From assembly GCF_009914755.1 (NCBI RefSeq), contig NC_060925.1: a DNA stretch of 64,000 nt, one strand, 5' to 3'. Each line of letters starts with the position of its first letter. Position 1 is the first letter of the stretch. The position numbers were made by a program, and so were the translations under genes. The stretch comes from the human T2T-CHM13v2.0 reference genome, Homo sapiens. Of the stretch, positions 40,601 through 52,237 are shown piece by piece. The notes beneath the pieces are model-generated. The model did no database searches. It was not told the origin of the DNA and was given only the letters and a program-made list of their open reading frames with translations.

Positions 40601-42226
40601 TTTATTCCTATGGATATTCCAAATTCTGTTTCTGTCATTTCAACCATCTCAACCCAGTTAACTCCTGCTGGAGAGCTTTGGAAGTTGTCTGGAGGAAAAA
40701 AGGCACTCTATCTTCTTGAGTTTTTGGGGAGTGGGAGCAGATCTTGCAATGATTCTTTCTCATTTTTGTGGGTTTATATACTTTCAATCTTTGAGGTTGC
40801 TGACCTTTGAATTTTTTTTCCTTTTATCCTATTTGATGACCTTGAGGGTTTGATTGTAGTGTAAGCTGATTTCAGCTGACTGGCTTCAATTCTGGAAGAT
40901 TTTAGTGGCCAACACTCAGCTCCCAATTCCTGGAGTGGGTGCTCTAACATAAGGGGACTTGTATTGGGCCCCAACTTTGTTCTCTGGCTCCTGGAGGTTA
41001 GGAATCTGTTGCAGTGGGGGGTGCCGAGGTGCAGCGGCTGTGGCAGAGTGCTGTCAGGGGTTGGAATGCCGGCTTCTTTGCCAGCATTCACCACAGTAGT
41101 GATGGCAGCACAGCTAGGTATGGGTGGGAGGCCTGCTGGTGACTGGTGTGCCAGGTCATGCTGGAGGTAGTGTGTTGACTGGGGGTTGGGGGGGGCTACT
41201 GGCAGGCACAGGTCTGGATGCCTTTTCTGTGCCCCACAAACAGTAGTAATTGCTCAGGGCAGGGGAGGATCCACTGTTCTCTGCACAGTGTTAGCACAAG
41301 TGTAGGGCACTGGTGGGGGCAGGGTTGTCTGGCTCTGTGCCCACCAAGGCTCCATCTGCAATGATGGTTAGCACAGGGGTGGAGGGGAGACAGACTGCAT
41401 TCCCACACTCAGGAGGTGCAGGAAAGCAAAACCCATCCATGCAGACATACAGCAGAAAAGTGATATGTGGAGTTGCCATGGGCCCTTGGGAAGCTACAAT
41501 ATGAAGAAGGGGCGAGCAAAATGGTGTGTGGCCATAGGGGTTGCCCCACTGGAGCTCTCTGCTGCTCAAGCATGGTGGTGCACCAGTGCAGAAGCTATGA
41601 TCTCAGGACACCCAAGACTGCCCTGCCACCAGGAGTGACCAGGGTAGGGCTCTGGGAGAGCCCAGCAGTCCAAGGGGTGCTCAGGTTGGACCAGCTCCAT
41701 CCGATGGGCAAGACCACCCTACAGAGGTCAGAACCAAAATCTCCTATGGGAGCAAGTTGAGCCTAGGGAAATGGCTATCCCTGGCTGTGCTCCACTACAG
41801 ATGCTCCTGCACCAAACCCTCTACCACTACAGATGCTCCCGCACCAAACCCTCTAGGCTCCATATCATCTTGCTTACTGCCACTACTACCTCTCTAAGCA
41901 GCTGTCCTTGCAAACTTCAGTGTCCTTGGTGATTGATCTCCTCCTGCTGGGATTTCAGAGGCTCATGGTAAGAGCAGGTTGTTTCTTGCCAGTTCAACTC
42001 ACCCATTCCTCCAGAACCACTGTGGGCCAGGAACAGGTCCTGGTGTGTGGTAGCCCTATGTAGGGTTCCCAGCTTTCTTCCACTTCAGCCCAACTTTAGT
42101 GTCTTTCCTCCATCCACTCTCAGTGCCTTCCCTCGGGAGATCTGTTAGGAGCACACCAGCAGTCTTGGTCCCTTGGTGGGAGCTGTTCCACCTGGTTGCA
42201 TCTAGTCTGCCATCTTGCCCTCCTCT
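37692..42226 (-). mobile_element. L1PA11-13-like element with both ends present and a ~2.1-kb ORF2 deletion
   Basis: 3' end TTTTATTTTAAGTTCAGGGGTACATGTGCAGG; 5' end GGAGGGCAAGATGGCAGACTAGATGC; ORF1 remnants 40049-40647; deletion junction at about 39065. Confidence 0.9.
41792..41855. repeat. 32-bp tandem duplication in an L1 5'UTR
   Basis: CCACTACAGATGCTCCYGCACCAAACCCTCTA twice, one mismatch. Confidence 0.9.
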
Positions 42227-42229
42227 TCT

Positions 42230-43820
42230 TTATATTATTCTTTAGTGTTTATCTTAGAGATTGCAGCAGGCATCCTTTGCTTTGTAGAGTCTATCTTAAA
42301 TTCTTACTTTCACTACTTTCTTAGTTTCATATGCCCTATTCTCAAATTTGTGTTATGATTTTTATATATTTAAATTCTACATATATTTGAAATGCCATAG
42401 GACCATTTTAATTGTTTTTAAAAGTCAGTATTTGTATAGCTTTACCCATATTTACACTCTTCATTTTTCTTTTTTTTTTCCTTGGATTTTCATGATTTAA
42501 ACTGGAATTCTTTTCCTTCTAATGAAAAACTTGCTCTATATTTTCTTTAGCCTATGCCAGCGGATGACATATCCTTCCAGGGTTCTTTGTTGTTGCTTAT
42601 TTCACTTGCATTTTCGAAGAATGTATTTTTGAGTTGGTAGTCATTTTTTAAGACTTTAAAAATTATTTTCTTTGTCTTCAAGTTTTAATTATTTTTGCTG
42701 AAACCTCATCTTTAGTCTTAATGTGTTCCTTTAACAATGTATCTTTGTTTTCTTTGTATTGGATACTTTAAGAATTTATTTTTTAAAAAGCAACTGTACT
42801 ATGATTTGCCTAAGTGTGCTTTTCTTTGATTTTATTCTGTATGGAATCTAGAGACTCTTGAATCTCTCTTGACATTTAGAACCAGGTTTAGAATATTCTT
42901 AGCCAGTATATTTTCAAATTTATTTATATCTCATTCTTTACTGTTTTATGGGATTCTGATTACCTTTCTGTTAGATCTTTAGGCCTTTTCCCACATTGCA
43001 TTTGCCTTAGTTTTTTTCTGGATGCTTTCATATATGTGTGTATATGTGTATGTGTGTGTGTATCCTATGAGCCTATTCTCCAGTTCATCAATCATTTCTT
43101 CCGCTCTGTCTAATCTGCTGTTAAGTCCACCTACTAAATTTTTAATTTCAGTTATTAAAATTTTAAGTTCTAAAATTTTTAATTGATCTTTTTAATATTT
43201 TCTAGCTTTCTTGCTGTAGTTCTAATATTTCCCCTGTTTTATGAACATATTAATTATCATTTTTAAAGACTGGTAATTTTAATATCTGGATCATCTATGG
43301 GTATGTTTCTTCTGTCTTTTTTCTCTTGACTTTCATTCGTTTGGCCCTGTTTTCTTACATGTGTATTAATTTTGGATGCTGACATTTTATGTAAGAAACT
43401 TCAGAAGCTATAGATTATGTTACTTTCTCCAGAGAGAATTTAATTTTCTTCCGATAATTGGATAGATTATGAGTAAGTGATTTTGATCCCATCACGGATT
43501 GAGATGATTCCAAGCGGTATTTTAGATGTTGTGAATGCTATTCTATTTACTGTTTTCCTTATCCAGAGTGTAGCTCTTCAGACATCTCAACTGAACACAT
43601 GATGTGTTTACTAGGCTCTGCCTTCTTGAGCATCCTTGAATTTAAGTTGACCCCTCAGCACCATAAAATGTCAATAATAAAAAACAAGCAAACAAAACTC
43701 TGGCTTGGATATTTAGTCCCGTGGCGGTACTTTTGCTTGTTTTGTGATCCCTCACCTCTCATACAGAACTTAAGAATTGGTAAATTTCTTGAACGGAGAT
43801 TTTGTGCAGAATATTCAACT
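42230..43820 (-). mobile_element. Ancient L1 ORF1/5' region, continuation of the host element
   Basis: TCTGTCTAATCTGCTGTTAAGTCCACCTACTAAATTTTTAATTTCAGTTATT, CTATGATTTGCCTAAGTGTG are typical of old L1M. Confidence 0.75.
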
Positions 43821-46800
43821 TGATTGATCAAGTTAGTATTCATCTTCGGGTGCACAAAAGTGATATGAATTTTCTTAGATATTGTGGATGGCCAACAAAT
43901 TAGGATATGGGAAGACTGACATTTAATGGCCAGAATTTAAAGCAGAGGTATATGCTTTATGGAAGCTAATCAGTAGCACTTATTTTGCTTCTTTTTCCTT
44001 TGACAAAACAGCATGTTAGAGGATACTCCAAAAACATTCATTAATGAAGATGCCTATCTAAGGCATTGCACTGATGCTATTTGATAGAGTATGCTAGCTA
44101 TATGTAGACATACATATAAGTTGAAATTTCATTACTTGAAATATAACAGAAAATCTTACACTTTCATACAACTTGGTAAACTCTACTCTTCTTGTAACTT
44201 CTATCCTGCCTTGCTCCAGGCCAATAGGACTGCCAGAAAGTTGAAGATGGACACCTACATAGCATGGCCATCCTGGATGGTGAGGGGGAAATAAGTGAGC
44301 TGACATATGTTAATAGCATTCTTGTTTCAGCTGTCGTTTCTCTCTGAACAGCTCCATTTTCAACTGCATTCCCTGCAAGTAGGTATGGGGGATGATGTGG
44401 AAGCTGCAAACTGCATAATCGCATTCCCAAGACTGCTTTGTAAGCTGGCTTCTAGTTGGGTCCTGCAACGGGAGGCCTTCATGGAAAAATGGAAGATAGG
44501 AAAAAGGGAAAATGCCTCAGATGTTTTTTTCTGCTTGTGCTGATGCTAAGGCACCAGCTGTGTAGCCCTGGGAGTGTGGCTTCTCAGCCGTAGTATAGGC
44601 TGCTGGATTCCTATTCAGAAGAGGTTGTGCAATTTTAACTGCAGCAGCAGAACATCAGTACCATTGACATTCATGCCAGATTCGAGTTCAGAAGCAATAG
44701 TAATATCCTCATTTTAAAGTAACCTCTTTTTCCTTTCGCTCTTTCATCCCCTTAAGCACGTTTATAAGCAATTCCCTTCATTCAATCTCTTTTATTCAAA
44801 AATCTAAAGTGAGCTCTATTTTCCTCACTAGTCTAGATAAAAACACGTGGTACCTACCAACAGTGATCCTAGGAAACAAAACCTCAAAGTTAGAAATCTG
44901 GGATTTGTTATTAACCAGATTGTGCTTGAACATGAAACAACTTCCATGATGAAACAAAATGAGATACTCAGAATCTGTGGCTTGTAGTGGCCTGGGGTAA
45001 ATGGTCTCTGAAAAACAAGACTTCAGGAGAATAGTTATCAGCTGTGACTAGTTGAAGAGTGAGGCTTGCAAAGATTGTGAGGTTTGTTGACTGCGTCTCA
45101 CTTTATACTGTAATATAGCAACTTTAAGGAACTTGCCCAAATGTATGTGTGGAACCTAGTGAGGGACTCCATGAGGAAACACCAGGCTGAAGTTGGCTCT
45201 CTTAGAGTCTTATACAGAGTTTGAAGCCACAGTGTAGCATAGTCTTTGTGGCCAGTAATATGTGGAGAGTAGGAAGGGAGCTGCTGGTGGTATTGTAACA
45301 GTTTTCTGTCAAAACGTGCTGGTTACAGGGTGCCCTTCAAGTCTTTGTTACTAGCCCTTTTAAAAACACCTTTTAAAAAGTAGCCTTAATCTGAGCACTT
45401 TGGGAGGCCAAGGCAGGTGGATCACCTGAGGTCAGGAGTTCAAGACCAGCCTGGCCAACACGGTGAAACCCCCGTCTCTACTTAAAAAAAATACAAAAAT
45501 TAGCTGGGTGGGGTGATGCACGCCTATAATCCCAGCTACTCAGGAATCTGAGGCACGAGAATCACTTGAACCCTGGAGGTGGAGGTTGCAGTGTGCCAAG
45601 ATCAAGCCACTGCACTCCAGCCTGTGTGACAGAGCAAGACTCCATATAAAAAAAAAAAAGAAAGAAAAAAAAGGTAACCTTCTAGAGAAACAACCATGTA
45701 TTGTTATTTTACCATGCCATGAGTAAACCTGAAGAATTATCCCCTGGGGCTTGCCACATTCCTATACTATTAGACCTAGACTCTGCTAAATTTGGGTTGA
45801 AAAGAGCAGCCTCCTCCCAATATAATATAGGTTTTATTTTCTGAAGTGTGTGGTTTCAAGACTTTGATGGGTGGAGAACCTCAACTCCTTACATTAAGTT
45901 ATGTAATCTAGGAATAAATATAGGAAATGTATAATATATAGGAAATATATATATATAGGAAATATATAATATATGTTAGGAATATATTAAGGCACCAGCT
46001 GTGTAGCCCTTAGAGTGTGGCTTCTCAGCCGTAGTATAGGCTGCTTGATTCCTATTCAGAATATATTAGGAATTATATTAGGAATATAATATATATCAGG
46101 AAATATAAAATATATAATATATATTAGGAAATATATAATATATATTTCCTAAATGTAGGAAAATGTATAAGGAAAGGGTGTCAGACAGTAATTCAGATTC
46201 TCTGTTTTTCCTTTTCTTACAGTCCAATAAATAGTGCCAATTAAGTTTATGGTTGTTATAATGATACTGTTGGTGCTGAACACATGTTTACTAACTTATT
46301 GACTTCTGGGTCCATCAGCTCTGGAACATTTCCAGTATCCTACTGAGCTCTTCCTCTCTCTCTTTTTTTGGACCTACAAAGAAGTTGGGTAGTTGGACCT
46401 ACACACATTATGCTGTATAGAAATCTGTTTCATCTACACTAGGGGCTGCCTGGCACTAGTTATAACACTGGCATTTAGAAAGCTCAGGCTCTAATATAAA
46501 ATGTATTCACACGAAAAGCCCTGGAAATTGGTTGGCAACATAGATTCCTCCTCATCCTCTACTGAGACCAGGAAGAGCAATATTTTCTTGAGTTCACAAG
46601 GAGTTTGTGGCAGACTCCAGCACAAACTCAAATTCTCTAAGACCATACTCCAGGCTATCTCCTCTATAAAGGGCCAAAGAATAAACAGGATTTATATTTA
46701 TTGATGAAAATTCTTCCAAAGTATTAAGAGCATATTGGAAAAGTCATATTATGAGTATCTTTATTTCCCAAAAATTTTCAATAAATATTCCTTAGTTATA

Positions 46801-47517
46801 CAATTATTTTCAAAATATACAACTAAAAAAGCTTTTATGGCAAAGGTATTCTCAAAGTAACAAAGCTTAGGACATTTTCTGGTCTGTCCAGTGGTTCCTG
46901 ACTGTTCTCTGGGAGTGTTCCAAAAGATGAACAAGCTTATTGTCTTGCCATAGGACATCATGTTCTTTTCCAAAATTATAGAAAGATGAAATAATACAGA
47001 ATATTATTTATTTCATCTTTGATTTTTTCCTAAATGCAGAAAAATGAGACTTGCTACCATTTGTCTCCTGTTAACAGAGGGTAAAAGGAATGACCAATAG
47101 GCAAAAATATGAAAGTAAAAACCTGATAACAGACATGATTTCTCCAAATATTATATATATTAGTGGTCCTATTTAGAGGTTCAGAACGCAAGCATATTTT
47201 CTGAGAGTAAAGTTTTTTCCTACTTCCAATGATGTCCTTGGCTACATCGTTATTTCATGATGTTCTGAGAAGAATGCCATCGTTTTCAGGGGCTGGACCT
47301 CCTCAACGTATTTGAAAGACACTGGTAAAGTAAATTTCAAATTCCTTGGTGGTTCCAGTCATTTAAGTTATTGCCTCTTTTAGGATTGTAAGAGCACTAA
47401 TAAAATGTATTTGCTCTGATATTAATTTCACTTGTTCCTTGGAAATTCCTACAAGGCCTGCATCTTCCCCATTTTTACTGTGGAAGCAGTAAAGTGTTGG
47501 CTTTAGGGTCAGGTTGC
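43821..47517 (-). repeat. Inverted duplication, right arm (3697 bp, no HERV-H)
   Basis: Reverse complement of 4610-6504 joined to 12079-13643; single GCCTT target site at 45383-45387; ~236-bp private insertion at about 45935-46170. Confidence 0.97.
45387..45672 (+). mobile_element. AluS, paralogue of 6218-6500
   Basis: Same 5' truncation; degenerate TSD AAAAAGTAGCCTT (45375-45387) and AAAAAGGTAACCTT (45668-45681). Confidence 0.93.
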
Positions 47518-47924
47518 TTCTTTCAGGAGCTCTTGTAAGGCAGGCCTGGTGGTGACAAAATCTCTCAGCATTTGCTTGTCTGTAAAGGACTTTATTTTTC
47601 CTTTGCTTATGAAGTTAGTTCGCCTGGATATGAAATTCTGGGTTGAAAATTCTTTGCTTTAAGAATGTTGAATATTGGCCCCCATTCACTTCTGTCTTGT
47701 AAGGCTTCTGTAGAGAGATCCACTGTTAGTCTGATGGGCTTCCCTTTGTGGGTAACCCAACCTTTCTCTCTGGCTGCCCTTAACATTTTTTCCTTCATTT
47801 CAATCTTGGTGATTCTGACAATTATGTTTCTTGGGGTTGCTCTTCTCAAGGAGTATCTTTATGGTGTTCTCTGTATTTCCTGAATTTGAATGTTGGCCTG
47901 TCTTGCTAGGTTGGGTAAGTTCTC
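47515..47924 (-). mobile_element. Isolated L1PA7/8-like ORF1 fragment at the duplication breakpoint
   Basis: RATPRNIIVRITKIEMKEKMLRAAREKG; aligns with 27702-28112; no 3' end, tail or TSD. Confidence 0.92.
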
Positions 47925-48270
47925 TTTTTACAAATTCTGGTTGCCTTGGGAGCCTGGAGCTCCAATGTTTATCTTCCCAGCCTAACCAGGTTGTCGCCAC
48001 TGCAAGGCTACCATTTTCTGCTCAGGCTTTATATCCCTCAGTGCAAATGGGCAGATACTCTGATGGGAGTTCTGTATTGCTTACTTTTATATGTTTTCCT
48101 TATTTCTAAAATCTTGACCCTACAAGTTCTCTCTGTTTACTTGTTCTATAATATATTTAAACAGCTGGAGCTTTGTTTATGATTTTGTTTTCCTCTCTTA
48201 AATTATTTCTAGCTCTTATAATTCTTCATGGTAGGACATTTGGTCTGATTCAACGTACTCTCCATAGCCA
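47925..48270 (-). mobile_element. Probable 5' remainder of the ancient host L1
   Basis: Resembles old L1M 5' sequence and the style of 43560-43820; very degenerate. Confidence 0.45.
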
Positions 48271-49532
48271 AAACCTATGATTAATTCAATATGCTCTCTC
48301 TTCCAAAGCACCATTAATAATGATATTTGTTGCAAAATAAATTCTATATTTACTTTGAAAAGAATGCATCTTATTAGTATATATGAAAACCCCAATATTG
48401 CTCAAATAATCTACGTAGTTGCTTTTTTATTGGATCACACAGCAGAGATGAAATGTCAATAGGTCTGAAATGAGAGGTTTTAATTTTGATACGTATTTAA
48501 GTTATCATTTTCTGTGTATTTATGCTGTTAACTGTGTTAAACAGAAACAGATAAAGTCTTAGAATTAAAATACAGTTTGGTTAAGTATTTTCTTGGTGTG
48601 GAAATTATAACAGCAAACCAATTGGTAGGTCAAAAAATTCTGCCCTAAATTTTCTATAACTTTCTTCAGGTGATAGTGGGGGCTGTACATAGGAAAAAAA
48701 TAAATGAAATCTTCTGTTACTTATAATTTTCAGGGTAAAGAAAAAAGCAACATTTTCCCATGAAATAATTAAGCAAATCATAAGAGGAACATATAATGCA
48801 GTAGAAATTAACATACTGTAAGAGGAATACAAACATAGCTAAGAAGACTGAGTAATAATTAACATATTTATAGCTTATAAATCACTTTCACCTACACTAT
48901 ATCATTTGATCCTGGAAACACCACTTGCAGTAATGTATTATCTTCAGTGCTATTATTGAAACTTCTATTGGCAGAATCAACAAAAATGGGAACCTGAGCT
49001 CAAATGCCAGGCTTCTGAGACATTCACAAAATCTTCTAATAAGTAATGACTACTTACAAATGACGGGCATTATCTGTGATAGGAACAATAATACAAGAAT
49101 AAAACCAGTGATTACTGTTGTTTTAGAACTTACAAATCATGAAAGAATCAGAAAATCATCAAATAATCACAATATACAGTGATAAAGTCTTTGATGAGGG
49201 AAGTGTGGAGTTGTAGAACAAGTGAGCAGGGTCAAAATCAGATTTGGAAGAGAGATAGAGGGTCAGGGAAGTCTTTCTAGAGAAGGAGAACTCTAACACA
49301 GATGAAATAAAATCAAGAGATGGAAAAGTACAGTCTGAGGAATCAAAGGGGGTCATCATGGGCAGAATATAGAATGCAGCGGCCCAGCAGCTATGGATGA
49401 GATGGAGTAGTTCCAAGTCTGCATTGTCACACTCTATGGTTGAATTAATAAAGAATACTGCAAATTATTATGTGTTCAAGAGCTTTATTGGAATGCTAGT
49501 AAGTATATTAGATTATATTAAGGACTGTAGTT

Positions 49533-50713
49533 CTAATGTACTTCTTAGATTTAGAAAGTATAACAAATAAAATTCTGAAGCTATGATTTCAGATCCTAGG
49601 GTTGTTTTAAAGCAGATTTACCGAATTTCTAATTATAAGCTTATTTGATAAAAATTTTAAAAGGACTGTTTTACTCAGATGTTTTGGATGCCTTGCAGAG
49701 GTTAGCCGAGATCTAGTGGGTTCTTGATATATATCGGTGGTGTTAAATCTCCAGAGATTTTAAATGAGTGCCAGAAGTAGGAGATGGAACATAGGGCATA
49801 TCCTGGTAGGACCAGATAACTTCCAGAATTAGAACCATAGGCAAGGCTGCAGTGTGTAGCACATTTCTGGAGCACTGTCCCCACCAGTCAAGAGAAAGTT
49901 AACCAAGCAAGAATCAGAACTCAAGTTTCAGGAAGCAAGACTGAAGACTGAAAAATTAAGAACAGACCATTATACTTGGACCACACAGGAAGGCAGATGT
50001 TGAAACAAGGAAAACTCTCAGGCTTTCCTCCTCCTTAGAGTGAAGCTGCACAGTCCCCAAAGCACCTGGGGAAGACTCTTTGAGAGATGGTTTAGAGTTC
50101 AAGGAGGACTCTGGCATCTTTCAGTGAAGGGCTTGTACTTAGCATGTAGATCCTATTTCTAAGCCACAAAATAGAGAAAGGCTTTTGTAGACATTTTTCA
50201 GTCATGTTGCCAGACAGGAGAACTCTTCTGGGAAAAGTGTGTTCCTGGAAGCAGAAAAGTGGTTCCTTCATTGGGCAGCTGTTGAAATGCATAATGTTGG
50301 ATTAGATGGGCCACTTTAACCAGAGTCTCATCAAGGTCAAAAACTTAGAGTGTGCAAGCAGTGCCTTGTGGAAGAAAGGCAGAGTAAGCAGAATATCTTC
50401 CAAGCCTATATTATAAATGCTGTTCACTTACCTTGCCTCGTAATCTGTTATCTCTTTCCATTGCTGAGTAGTGCTCACTGTGATGCTTCAGGTACCTTAC
50501 GGGAAATCTGTACCAAACCTCTTCTATCATCATCCTGCCAGCTTCCCAGCATGGTTGAAAATGTCACTATCATTATTTATTTCTTTCCATTCTAAAGACT
50601 TATTTTATAGGTTACTTTTGGAATTTATTGTGAACTAATGTACTTTTTAGATTTAGAAACTATAACAAATAAAATTCTGGAGCTATAATTTTAGATCCTA
50701 AGGGTCTTTTTAA
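49533..50713 (+). repeat. Dispersed ~79-bp direct repeat (49533-49610 and 50635-50713)
   Basis: CTAATGTACTTYTTAGATTTAGAAA..TATAACAAATAAAATTCTGRAGCTATRATTT..AGATCCTA in both copies. Confidence 0.9.
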
Positions 50714-51219
50714 TAAGTTTAGATAATAATTGTTTTCCACAATTTTAATTCAGACTTGATAAATCTCTTGTAGTTATGCAATATATGCTTACCTCTTCAA
50801 AGAAATCAGGATGGCTCTGAAAAGAATAATAAGGAAATGCTACTGCTAAGATATTGAAGGTTTGGCATCACCTTTTAATTCTCTCTGTATTTGCATTCAC
50901 ATTGGGGAGGTTGTAACTAAGTGATGCTTAAACTACCTTTCAAATCACTTAATATCATGAACCTAAATTGGTAAACACTGGTGAGCTGACCTCTATAACA
51001 ATCAGTTAATTGACCAATTGTCCAATTTTCAAACCTCATAAAAACTCTTTCAGTGCCTTTGTGGAGGTACTGAGTGGAGGTGCATGGGCAGATTCCTTTG
51101 CCCCTGACTTAGGTGGTATAACATGAAGGCCACTGACAGGTAACTTGAGTTAAATTCCCCAAAAGTGCGGACATAATTAGTTCTTTCTGTCTCCCCTATC
51201 AGATTATTCTAGTGTGGAA

Positions 51220-51400
51220 GCTGCGAGGAGTCAATCAGATCAGATCTGAACCCTGGTTCTCACACTTAATAGCTATATGACCTTGGTAAATGACTTCACC
51301 TCTATGAATCTCTGTGACTTCATCTATAAAATAATAGTGATGATGATAGCTACTTTATAAAATGCTAGGTGGATTAAATGAGATATTTGTGAATGCCCCA
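51220..51400. mobile_element. MIR
   Basis: TAGCTATATGACCTTGGTAAATGACTTCACCTCTATGAATCTC...CATCTATAAAAT...GGATTAAATGAGAT. Confidence 0.8.
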
Positions 51401-51806
51401 ACAAGGAGTTTGGTATGTAAAAGAGAGACAACACCTGATTATTGTTTTTCTGTAATGCCTGGAATCTATATCCTAAGCTTGTTTTTCAGTGTTTTCTCTA
51501 CCTTCTTTATCTTAAATAAAAACAAACTCTCCCCAAAGCTATCATTCAAATGGTTATTCCTGTTGTGTTTTTCTTTTTCATATGGCCAGGTAAGTTTTTC
51601 ACCTACTTATCAGCTCTTCTAGATCTTATTCTTCTACCCTCCCTTCAAGACCTTTCTTTCAATAACTGGATTCTCTTCCTCTCTATGATTTTACCTGTGA
51701 ACATATTTAAGCATTTCTTATCTTAGAAGAAAAACTAAATTAAGCAAACAAAATAAACATTCCCCTTAATTCTATGCCCTTCATTACTTTAACAATCTCC
51801 TTCTTA

Positions 51807-52102
51807 GGCCATTATCTTAAGCGAATTAATGCAGAAACAGAAAACCAAATACCTCATGCTCTCACTTAAAAGTGGGAGCTAAACCTTGGGTACACACAGA
51901 CACAAAGATGAGAGCAGTAGACAGTGGGGTTCCAGAAATGGGAAGGGAGGAAGGGGGACAAGGATTGAAAAACTACTTATGGGGTACTATGTTCACTACT
52001 TAGGTGACAAGATCAATAGAAGTCCAAACCTCAGCATCATGCAAAATACACATGTAACGAACCGGCACATGTACCCCCTGAGTCTAAAATTTAAAATAAT
52101 AG
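51807..52102 (+). mobile_element. 5'-truncated L1 3' end (L1PA16/L1PB-like) with TSD
   Basis: GAAAACCAAATACCTCATGCTCTCACTTAAAAGTGGGAGCTAAAC; TSD AACAATCTCCTTYTT at 51791-51805 and 52103-52117. Confidence 0.9.
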
Positions 52103-52237
52103 AACAATCTCCTTTTTGACTTGAAAGACAAGTTTATGTCTTCCTCTAAGCCCTTTGGTAAGAATTGTAAATCAAATGAATAAGTCAGGATTCTTACCCA
52201 GAAGTTGGTCATTGGTCATGGTATTTGAAAAGATATA

